DNA of 63,356 nt, counting the filler, from Craspedostauros australis (taxonomy: Eukaryota), in NCBI GenBank assembly GCA_030167865.1. It is 13 parts of 13 records of this genome, joined end to end, with 100 filler letters (N's around TTAATTAATTAA, not from the genome) between each part and the next. Parts side by side here need not be neighbours in the genome. Positions count along the whole stretch, not along the records: positions 47,771 to 49,462 come from JALAGF010000718.1; positions 49,563 to 50,714 come from JALAGF010000719.1; positions 50,815 to 51,999 come from JALAGF010000720.1; positions 52,100 to 56,417 come from JALAGF010000721.1; positions 56,518 to 60,321 come from JALAGF010000722.1; 8 more parts are not named here. One strand, given 5' to 3'. Positions within the stretch are counted from its first letter, which is position 1; the number at the start of each line of letters is the position of its first letter. The position numbers and the translations under genes are program-made. A model generated the notes under the pieces. That model had not been told where the DNA came from and did no database searches. It saw only the letters and a program-made list of their open reading frames with translations. Of the stretch, positions 48,473-57,695 are shown piece after piece.

Positions 48473-49462
48473 TCATGGATCTCCTGCGCAGATGCGCTCA
48501 CCGACGCAGTCTCCGCTCGCGACGGGTTCGGTGTTGTTGACGCACGCCGCGAAACCGATGCAGGCATCGTCGCCGATCATGCCCGCGTTCCCGCCGCACG
48601 AGACTGTGCCGAGGCATGCGTCCTTGCCAACCACGCCAGTGTTTCCGGAGCAAGCAGCCAGCCCGATGCAGGATTCCTTGCCAATGGCCCCTTCGTTAAA
48701 TCTGCAGGCGTAGTCATACCTGCAGGAGCCGTCGTCAACACTTGCGACATTCAGGAAGCACGTGTCGAATCCCTGGCAGGCGTCTTCGCCGATGGTACCG
48801 TTGTTATAATCGCATGCGAAGGTCCCGATACAAGATCCCTTCTCCACGTTGCCCTCATTGTAGCGACAAGAGGCATCCCCGTTGCATGCGAAATCAGACA
48901 AGTCGCCACTGTTGGCGAAGCAGGCGAGGTAGCCGTTGCAAGTGACCTCGCTGAGCTTGCCGGAGTTGAACAAGCAAGAGAAATCATCATTGCAGGAATA
49001 CAAAGGAACCGAGACTTCGACGCCAAGGCACGCGGCTCGACCGTTGCAAGAGTAGGGGGCGATCTCGATCGTTGACGCCTCGTAGGGGCTGAAGTAGCAG
49101 GCACCCTCACCGTTGCAGGAGTACGGGCACACAGTGATATTTGTTCTGTTGCCCCAAACGCATGCGGTGTTGTTGGCGTTCGGTGGAACCGTGCAGCAAT
49201 CGGCGTCGGCTGCTGCGCAGTCGGCAGTGACGACATCGGCCGTTCCAGAAAAGCAGGCGTCAAAGGCCTTGAAGGACTTCACAGACTTCAGGGACTTGGC
49301 GGTCTTGGATGCCCCGTTCGAGGATCCGTCCGACTTGAGCTGGCGGCTGCCGACGTTGAGATAGTCAACTGTCTTCTCGCGGAGAGAACTTGTGAAGGAG
49401 TCCCGTGGTGCGCTGTCCGCACCATTGGCAGTGCTGCCTTGGAGACGTCCAAGATCGGCGTA
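48473..49462 (-). CDS. 5'-truncated Cys-rich repeat protein with an RXL site and a KxxK cluster (secreted or cell-wall candidate)
   Basis: The frame is open to the contig edge at 49462: YADLGRLQG...VGSRQLKSDGSSNGASKTAKSLKSVKSFKA, then about 12 C-x5-C repeats with a mostly 18-aa period. Confidence 0.82.
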   Translation of the reverse strand, partial: YADLGRLQGSTANGADSAPRDSFTSSLREKTVDYLNVGSRQLKSDGSSNGASKTAKSLKSVKSFKAFDACFSGTADVVTADCAAADADCCTVPPNANNTACVWGNRTNITVCPYSCNGEGACYFSPYEASTIEIAPYSCNGRAACLGVEVSVPLYSCNDDFSCLFNSGKLSEVTCNGYLACFANSGDLSDFACNGDASCRYNEGNVEKGSCIGTFACDYNNGTIGEDACQGFDTCFLNVASVDDGSCRYDYACRFNEGAIGKESCIGLAACSGNTGVVGKDACLGTVSCGGNAGMIGDDACIGFAACVNNTEPVASGDCVGERICAGDP

Positions 49463-49562
49463 NNNNNNNNNNNNNNNNNNNNNNNNNNNNNNNNNNNNNN
49501 NNNNNNTTAATTAATTAANNNNNNNNNNNNNNNNNNNNNNNNNNNNNNNNNNNNNNNNNNNN
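49463..49562. other. Artificial contig spacer 7
   Basis: N44-TTAATTAATTAA-N44. Confidence 0.98.
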
Positions 49563-49939
49563 GCGAAAGGCTTGCACACTTCGAAGGTGTCCAGCACATC
49601 TCTGTGAGCGCATACCATTGCACAGGGGTGTGGTGCTTGTCTGTGGAGAGTCATCCGAGACAACATGGCGCGTCCCTGCATTCAGCTCAACACGGCGAGC
49701 TTGGGATGGGTGCAAACATGAGTGCAAACATGAGAGCATGAGAGCATGTGGACAGATCTGCACCAGTCTCGGAATGCAACATTGTACATCACAGAGTACA
49801 GAACACAATTGAAGTAGAGTACATAAACAGTTTTAGATTTTGAAGAAACCGCTCATGTCCTGTACGACTACTGAATATTCATCATCTACTCTCCTCAACT
49901 TCATGACGAGTTCGCTCCTCAGTCTTCTGTGGTGGTGCT

Positions 49940-50714
49940 TCACTTGTCCTCCTCCTCAGCAGCGCTGTTGCTCTCAGTTTCAAAGGATGATTTGATGGAA
50001 CGCACGAAACCCACCAATGTTGCACGATCCATGTATGAATCCACTTGCGCACTACCCTCATCTTCATCCACAACCTTGTACAGCTCCATCATAGACATGN
50101 GACTGTACTCGTCATCAACACCATCGCTGACTGTTCCTCCACNGCAAAGGACTTGAATGCCTCCCATCAGTTGAGGCTGTTGAGTGATCTTGTTGAAATC
50201 TGGATGAGCAAGACAAGCCTTTGTATTTTGAGATACCACTCTCATTGCCACATCTTCCAACACTGAACAGCTGTGTTGATGGGCGAATATCAGCGTATCA
50301 ATCATGGTGTCCTTTGTGAGGTGCTTGTGGGCCAACTCCGCTTCAAGAACAAGCTTGAGTCGCCAGAAGCCGAACTCGTTGGCCACAAGGATCAGCTGCT
50401 GCAGATCGTGTTGTCCATTGAGGATGGGAGTTGGCTGGTCATCGCCANCGNCATGNTCGCTCTCATCGAAGGATATNTCCCCCTTGTAGATGCATTCGAT
50501 GACATGGCGGACATATTTGGGTTGGAGGTCAGGAAGAGCCACGGTGGTTTGGATGGAGTCAGTGATCGGATCAGGGACAGGGACAGCGACAGGGTCAGCG
50601 ACAGGATCAGCGATAGAATCGTCCCATGACGATGACAGCGAGGATGACGATGACGGTGGGGATGATGGCTTGGTCAAAGATAGATGGTGGATTCCAGAGT
50701 CGATCAATGTTTGA
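49940..50714 (-). CDS. 3' fragment of a BTB/POZ-domain protein (BTB end, BACK-like helices, degenerate SAP-like tail)
   Basis: VALPDLQPKYVRHVIECIY...LILVANEFGFWRLKLVLEAEL...DTMIDTLIFAHQHSCSVLEDVAM...YSxMSMMELY. Several ambiguous bases. Confidence 0.75.
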
Positions 50715-50814
50715 NNNNNNNNNNNNNNNNNNNNNNNNNNNNNNNNNNNNNNNNNNNNTTAATTAATTAANNNNNNNNNNNNNNNNNNNNNNNNNNNNNN
50801 NNNNNNNNNNNNNN
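50715..50814. other. Artificial contig spacer 8
   Basis: N44-TTAATTAATTAA-N44. Confidence 0.98.
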
Positions 50815-51065
50815 GAACGTCGTAGACTCTACGCGGTTACCAATGGTTACCAACGAAAAAATACCAAAATCACGTCCGTACGTCGTCCGTATGAAAAACG
50901 CCGATAAAGGGTAAAAAGAGGCATCAAGATGAACATCAAGCGGAGACCGTTTGCCAACAATGAAGACATCAACAGATAGCTCTCACTCTCCTCTTTCTAA
51001 TTATGCAAAGATGTCGGTCAACGGCCATCAACTCATCGAATGGTTGCTTGTGCCATCGGCGATAT

Positions 51066-51122
51066 GCCAATGGTTACCAATAGTTACCAATAATTACCAA
51101 ACAACCGGAAATTAGCCACGAG
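51066..51122. repeat. Dispersed GTTACCAAT-unit repeat (copy of 37455-37507)
   Basis: gccaatggttaccaatagttaccaataattaccaaa...ggaaattagccacgag. Confidence 0.7.
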
Positions 51123-51785
51123 ACACTAGAATCCCAAGGTCCGCTGAAGTCCTGCGACACTTTGGAGACGATGTTTTTGCAGTGAAGCTGTTTGACAGCT
51201 TTCGCTGTACTTCATACTGCTATATCTACTAATCGTATTCAGCGAAATACTGGTCGGAGATTGTCCTCGGACAACTCACAATGAAAGACAAGAGGTCCGA
51301 CCAGGGCACACAACAACGGGCCGATAAGTCTCCAGTATCGTAGTTGCTTGTGCACTTTTGACGCCCAGCCTGCCAATTTGCCGCGTTCTTGCGCCTTTTG
51401 CCTATTTCGCTGTCGCTGCCTCAAATCAACCACTATCAACGCCTTCTCATCCATCCACCAAGATTTCCATGACTTTTACATCTGTGTGCTTGGATGTTGC
51501 ATTGGACTGATCGTTGGTGCAATACGTACATGGCATTTGACTGTCCTTGCAGAGTCTGGATTGATTCCCCCATTGTCGTTTGCAGACTGAGTACGGTGCA
51601 GTTGTGCCTGCTCGTCCTCACGCATCGACTTGGCTTGTTGCGTTCGATGCTGAAAGGCGGATGTGTTGGATTCTTGCACAAGACGGAGGCAGCTCCGGAG
51701 AACGGCGAAAAGTGAATGCGCGACCCATAATTCGTTTGATTGGCTGATGCTGTTTGTCATCCGTGTCGAACGTATGTATACGTTC

Positions 51786-51863
51786 GGTTCAACAGGATCG
51801 ATGGATATTCCCCGATGATTCCAAATTGCTGCCTCTTAAACTTCACACATCGATAGCCCTATA
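51786..51863. repeat. 78-bp dispersed repeat, copy 1
   Basis: Matches 56340-56417 with two substitutions by manual comparison. Confidence 0.9.
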
Positions 51864-51999
51864 TGTGAGGACCCTACACAACCCTCAAGACCTCCCCTAT
51901 CTCCTTTAGTTCAGGAGTTATTTTAATTTTAGTTTTGAGGTAAGGCTACAACTAATTTGGAGGCGACGTACAGACGTCACTGTTTTGATACTTTTGAGC

Positions 52000-52099
52000 N
52001 NNNNNNNNNNNNNNNNNNNNNNNNNNNNNNNNNNNNNNNNNNNTTAATTAATTAANNNNNNNNNNNNNNNNNNNNNNNNNNNNNNNNNNNNNNNNNNNN
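52000..52099. other. Artificial contig spacer 9
   Basis: N44-TTAATTAATTAA-N44. Confidence 0.98.
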
Positions 52100-52749
52100 A
52101 TTCGTTGACAGGAGGATGATCAGGAACCACGAGCAGTTGATTCCTCTATTTGTGTTGGCGATTTGCGTGGATGGAACAGAGACACCAAATGCATGAGTGT
52201 GTGTATCGTGCCTGCCGGATGGCAACGCAAGCGAGTCCAACACCGAGAACCATTCGGCGCTGTGTGAAGGACACGAACGACGCAGAAACCAGCGACGAAC
52301 CAAGCCGCCACAACAGGCGCCACCAAAACCAAGGAGCACAAACGCCGACAAAAGGAAGAAGGACGACAAACGCGAGCTCTGCTTGTTCGAAATCAGCTGT
52401 GTGGAACTCGCGTAGAAATACTATCGATACTACTTGCGTTGAACTGCATTTTCGCAATAGTGTTGGTCATTTCAGTCCGACGTTGGGGAAGAAATCCGTG
52501 AACAAATGAAGAAAATACGCTCTTTTTTTGAGGTCCGCATATTTCCCCTGCTCCCAGGGCATTGCGGCCGACGAAGAATCGCTTCTCCGTCGCACACAAG
52601 AAATTGGCGATCGAGAAGAAACAATTCAGTATGCGACCAACAAGGTGGGGAGATGTCAAACAGCATTGTGATGCTTCGTGCATTTTCACAACAGCTTCCC
52701 CAACGGACATGACAAGGCTTCGAACACGACCGCAGCGTCGATGTCCTGG

Positions 52750-52959
52750 TCGCATGCTTCCTTGATCGCATGCCTCTTTGATCGTTGCTTCCTTGATCGC
52801 ATGCTTGCTTCCTTGATCGCATGCTTGCTTCCTTGATCGCATGCTTGCTTCCTTGATCGCATGCTTGCTTCCTTGATCGCATGCTTGCTTCCTTGATCCC
52901 ATTCTTGCCTCCATGATCGCATGCTTCCTTGATCCCATTCTTGCCTCCATGATCGCATG
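52750..52959. repeat. 20-bp minisatellite (GCTTCCTTGATCGCATGCTT)n
   Basis: About 5 perfect central copies (~52787-52888) with degenerate copies on both flanks. Confidence 0.92.
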
Positions 52960-53494
52960 ACCTGTCCACACAATTCTGCAGAACAGAAGATGTGGTTGAT
53001 CGCATGCTTCTCAGAATTCAGAAGCTTCAACCGCGTTTGGAGCGAAAACACGAATCGGGCACATATTGGCACCGATTGATACGAACCCTGTCACTTAGTG
53101 GTGCGAGATGGAGCGAAAAACAGTAGCAGTCGTCACTGGGGAGATCAGAAAGGCTTAAAAGGGGCCTGATCAAGTATTTTGATGACTCCAGAAGATGTGG
53201 CAGAAATGGCCACATCGAAGGGTCCATAAAACTGAAAATAAGAACTTTAGCAACATCGAATAGACTTTATTTCTTCTTTATCATGTGATGGTAAGGATTC
53301 TGATTTTGTGGTCGGTTCTTCATATATCAAGGACACGTTGACATCATTGATTATGGACTGCGGGTCGACTCAGGTAGAGGACTATCGTATGAGATGGCAC
53401 CTTGTGACCTGTACTCATAGTAGTATATGCGAGAAATCTGCTCATTTCGCGCATGCAAGGTGGTGTGCGGTGCTGTGGTACACATGTATAATGG

Positions 53495-53913
53495 ATCGAA
53501 GATCTCTGGACGAACCACATTAGTTGGTTCAGTGGCGACGGATCAGGTGCATCGTGTAGAGCAAGAGATCAACAAGCCAACTTCATTCGAGGCGACATTG
53601 TGTAATCAACTCAAGTGAAGGCGGAGGATCTCCTGGAGTCTTGAAAGAACCACCCCCGTCTCTCGATGTTCCAACGACGCAAGATCGATGGATGGTAAAG
53701 CGCAAACACATTTGTCACAACATCCTACCTAACCTGCTCGAGCGAAATCAATTCCATCCAGAGTACTCCACTCTGCTCTACTTGAAGCAGTGCTTGTTCA
53801 GCGTGATCGATTGGTCAATGTACCCGTATGCCAATGCTGAGGTCAAATAGCGCCAAGAGACCAACTGGGACATTCAATATATGATTGGATTATATTTGAT
53901 TCTAGGAGAGTAG
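53495..53913 (+). pseudogene. Possible decayed paralogue of the downstream LRR-like gene
   Basis: Frameshifted pieces EDLWT, LVGSVATDQ, AEDLLES*KNHPRLSM, NILPNLLERN and IGLYLILGE are collinear with DGLWT, IIKGTAANR, EAIVEALRESRHLIDM, KIKPLIERN and DAIYNCFRD. Similarity is weak. Confidence 0.3.
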
Positions 53914-54387
53914 TACTTGAACCAACCAGGATATGATACCCTCAGCAGAACATTGGAGCAGCATCTAGTGTCGTAGACTGACGAAGGCTTTAGTCCGATG
54001 GCTCGTTTGCGACGAAATGTTGTTTGCGACGTCGTCGAGCTGTCTTGCACATGGAATCTGCGAGATCGTGATATGCGAGCAAGCAGTCTTGGTTTCAATT
54101 CGGCCACGAAAGTGCGCAAGCTCGCGCAAATCGCGAACACGAAAAACGAGGAGGAGAAGACACGTCAACGGAACACCGTGTTCGGACGTCAAGGCCACAG
54201 TTGGCAGCGACAGTGGCCGCACCAACCAAGGCAACGATGATGGCTGCTTGATCGCGCCCCTCCTCCTTTGCGACGCATGGTTGTTTGGCTCATAATTTGA
54301 ACTCTCGACACAACAAAAGCCTCACCAACACACCACATCATTCCATTGGACACCACCAAAATCATCGATCACCAGAAATCTACCACC

Positions 54388-55572
54388 ATGAGTTCCGCCA
54401 TCGCCACATCACCCACACCAGAACAACGAGCAAAGCTCTACCAACGCCGTCAACACAACGACCCAACCATCATCCATCCCATGCGCGTGATGATTGGCCG
54501 TACAACCCTCCAGCTAGAGAGAGAGGTGAGATTGCGTTGTGCTCTCAAGGAACCAGCTCTGCGCATCGGGCCGTTCTTCTTCTTCCACACCAGTCGCAAG
54601 CAGGTGGTTGCGCCACATCGCCATCTCATCACCATGCACAATGTGAAGGTGGCGGTGATCAAGGCTCACCTATGTAACAGCCACCGTCTGCCGGAGATCC
54701 GTGATGGGATGCGGGTGCTGATCAAAGGTTTCGAAAATGACCCGCGCCCCAAGGTCATCAACGACGTCTACCAGCCTTGGCTGCTGGACATGCTGGTGAG
54801 CAGCAGCATCGATGTCATGGACTACATCAACATCGAGAAGATGGGCTCCATCAGTAGCGAAGCATCTCGCTGGTTGGTGGATCGCGCGAAGACTGTGCAG
54901 CTGATGCACTGCACTTTCGAAGACTCGGGGCTTGCGTTCTGCCGTCGCTTGAATGAGCCATCGTGCGTCGTCGACACAATCAAGTTCCTCGACACGACCA
55001 TCGTTGGCTCCATGTTCGGCAACGCGGTGGCAAGTTCCACCACCTTGACGAGCCTGAACATCCAGGACAAGAGACAGTTCGTCGAAGATGGACTCTGGAC
55101 GGACATCATCAAGGGGACCGCGGCGAACCGAACCATCAAGTCCATGTTCCTCTGTGGAAGTTATCGCGACAGCTCCACACTCAACCGCGATCTCATCACC
55201 ATATTGAGCTGCGAATGCGACAGAAAGTTCTCGCTGTTCCTCACCCCATATGTCGCCCCATCCAAGGAGAGCCAAACTGAGCTGTGCGAAGCCATCGTGG
55301 AGGCGCTGCGCGAGAGCCGCCACCTCATCGACATGAACCATCTGTTCCCCGTGATCAACGTCAACGATTGGAACAACAAGATCAAGCCGCTGATTGAACG
55401 CAACGGCTTGCTCAGAAACGTTCGCAGCACTATGCAACCAATTCAAAGAGACCCGCGTGCCACGTTGGCGATGTTCAACTGCCTCGTCCAGAAGAATGCA
55501 AACGTTCGTACATCCCCGGATGCGATATATAATTGCTTCCGCGACAACTTCGTGTACTTCGGGAAAGTGTAG
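54388..55572 (+). CDS. Diatom-type divergent LRR (RNI-like) protein
   Basis: ATG at 54388 in an ACCACCATG context. CTFEDSGLAFCRRL, LTSLNI, ANRTIKSMFL and a C-terminal PLIERN...PDAIYNCFRDN, as in an expanded diatom family. Confidence 0.72.
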   Translation: MSSAIATSPTPEQRAKLYQRRQHNDPTIIHPMRVMIGRTTLQLEREVRLRCALKEPALRIGPFFFFHTSRKQVVAPHRHLITMHNVKVAVIKAHLCNSHRLPEIRDGMRVLIKGFENDPRPKVINDVYQPWLLDMLVSSSIDVMDYINIEKMGSISSEASRWLVDRAKTVQLMHCTFEDSGLAFCRRLNEPSCVVDTIKFLDTTIVGSMFGNAVASSTTLTSLNIQDKRQFVEDGLWTDIIKGTAANRTIKSMFLCGSYRDSSTLNRDLITILSCECDRKFSLFLTPYVAPSKESQTELCEAIVEALRESRHLIDMNHLFPVINVNDWNNKIKPLIERNGLLRNVRSTMQPIQRDPRATLAMFNCLVQKNANVRTSPDAIYNCFRDNFVYFGKV

Positions 55573-56339
55573 CGTCTGGCTGCGGGTCTGGTGGATGCAT
55601 ATGCGTGCTGTCTGTTCAAGACAGGAGAACCACAGCATGGGAGAAGAGACAGAGAGCCGCATCTCGACAGCTATCAAAAGAGACCAGATTTTGCGCGTAG
55701 CGTCTAGATGGTCACAATGGAGATCGCGCGATGAGAGGCTCGCACCAAGCATTTCTCGAGGTTAGGCATCCACCAGAGCATGCCCTGGGCATGCAACACA
55801 ACAACTAACCGTACAAACAGATTGGTATATATATTTCATTATTATAGTACTTTGCAGAACGCGTACAGGTGTACATATGTCCAACGAACCACTGCTGTTC
55901 CGCTTTACTTGTAGCGCGCAGGCGTGTAGTCTTGCATTGGTGGTTCGTGCTGACATGTGTCGCATACAGGGTGCGTTCCGAAGAAGATGCTGCGGCCGCT
56001 CCATGGACCTCTCCGCGCGATGAAGAACACGTTCTCGCGTCGCCTGGCGGACACCACTTTTCGTCGCGCGTGTGACCACAAGAAGGAGAGCACGCACCAC
56101 GAGAAACTCAATCGTCCGTTGCTCGATGTGTGCGAGTACACGCATCCTTGGTCGTGTGGCACAAACACGAGCATGACTCCGCGTTGATGCGGTACTCCGG
56201 CGTCCTTCTCCGACGACACCACGACCTGAACCGGCATGGTGCTCTGCGGACGCGATACTGAGAGACACACAATGCAGTACGCCCGCCCGCATTTCTCTTG
56301 GACGACCACGAGTACTAGTATGTGTATTTCTAGGACCCG

Positions 56340-56417
56340 GGTTCAACAGGATCGATGGATATTCCCCGATGATTCCATATTGCTGCCGCTTAAACTTCAC
56401 ACATCGATAGCCCTATA
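56340..56417. repeat. 78-bp dispersed repeat, copy 2 (at the contig end)
   Basis: Matches 51786-51863. Confidence 0.9.
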
Positions 56418-56517
56418 NNNNNNNNNNNNNNNNNNNNNNNNNNNNNNNNNNNNNNNNNNNNTTAATTAATTAANNNNNNNNNNNNNNNNNNNNNNNNNNN
56501 NNNNNNNNNNNNNNNNN
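56418..56517. other. Artificial contig spacer 10
   Basis: N44-TTAATTAATTAA-N44. Confidence 0.98.
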
Positions 56518-56874
56518 AATGCCCTCGATGCGCTGATCTGGTTAAAACGTAATATGTTTATCCTTTCCAATGAAGGTTTCATCAGAATACGATCCACAAC
56601 GCAAAGAGTTGGAGCAAACAAATGGATGATGCACATATCTATTACTAATGTAGTCATTATCCCTTCATTAGATGCTATATATTCGTATGGACTATTTACA
56701 TGCATTCTATGGCAATTATGACAAACTGTATGATGTGGTTTGTACTTTCCTGTGTGATACAGGTGGTCTACATTGATACACTAACCTTGGAGGTCGATGT
56801 GAAATCTCCGTGTCCATGAGATGTCGCACAGACATTTGGACGTTTTGTGCCACTAAGTGTTGTAAAAACAGGCT
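56518..56874. repeat. 357-bp AT-rich segment, reverse complement of 60422-60778
   Basis: Ends and length match, and the identical spurious ORF MHVNSPYEY... appears in both copies on opposite strands. Confidence 0.93.
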
Positions 56875-57103
56875 GGTTAGTGCAAATCGGCACTTCAAAA
56901 AGGCTGGTTAGTGAATTTCCTCAACCCGAAAGAGATCGAAAAATGCGCACATCCATTGGTCCATAAAACTTAAAATAGGATATAACTAAAAAATGCAATG
57001 GTTAATTATTTGTATTAGACCTAAAAGGATTATGAATATGTGCTCGGTCTGGATATCCGAGACAATATTTCTGGAGGTCCATTTCAAAGTGCAGGTCGAC
57101 TCA

Positions 57104-57131
57104 GCGAAAAGGTCATATATGACCTTTTCGC
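57104..57131. other. Perfect 28-bp palindrome GCGAAAAGGTCATATATGACCTTTTCGC
   Basis: The sequence equals its own reverse complement. Confidence 0.93.
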
Positions 57132-57695
57132 ATCAACTCATGACTGAGTAAAATCCTGTGGATTTGACATAATAGTAAATTGTGATATGTTTAGATCACG
57201 ATATAGCGTGTTGTGTGATGGGTTTAGATATGATTAGCTAGCTCAAGTAGTCCTCATTCATGCTCTCGCTACGACCCAATACGGTAGTGTGTTGCTTTAT
57301 CGTACTTGATTTGTGATGTGGATGTTGGAGTTCTGCTGTTGTGTGGTTGCACAACGACATTGTCCTCAGCCAGAAGCCAACGAATTCGTTCTTCGTGTCT
57401 GATACTCATGCGGACACATCCACTCTTGATCACCGGCACAAAGTCATCATCTCTAGAGAGTCGTTATCTGTGTGCCTCTTCGGACTTCTCCACCAAGTGA
57501 GCCAGAGAAAATCAGTCTACACCATGCGCCCTCTCGCTCACCAATCTGCGTGTGCATCAACATCGAACGCCAGGGGAAGGGCAATTTCATCAGCAACTGG
57601 CAACGATCAATGCGACCACTCTGAGCCACTAACATGAGTGCTGTGACTACTAATGCTCGACTCCACTGCGCTCGAATCCAACCGACCAGAGCCGG

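Noticed and set aside
52750..52959. CRISPR array
   Set aside because: The units are head-to-tail with no unique spacers, and no cas genes are present.
52393..53072. Repetitive ORFs (SMRSRKQACDQGSKHAIKEA)n
   Set aside because: They arise from the 20-bp minisatellite, and the same peptide appears in all three frames.
54670..55752. 360-aa minus-strand ORF
   Set aside because: It is the antisense shadow of the LRR-like gene.
56466..56705. Duplicated small gene MHVNSPYEY...
   Set aside because: It is a chance ORF inside the 357-bp AT-rich duplicated segment.
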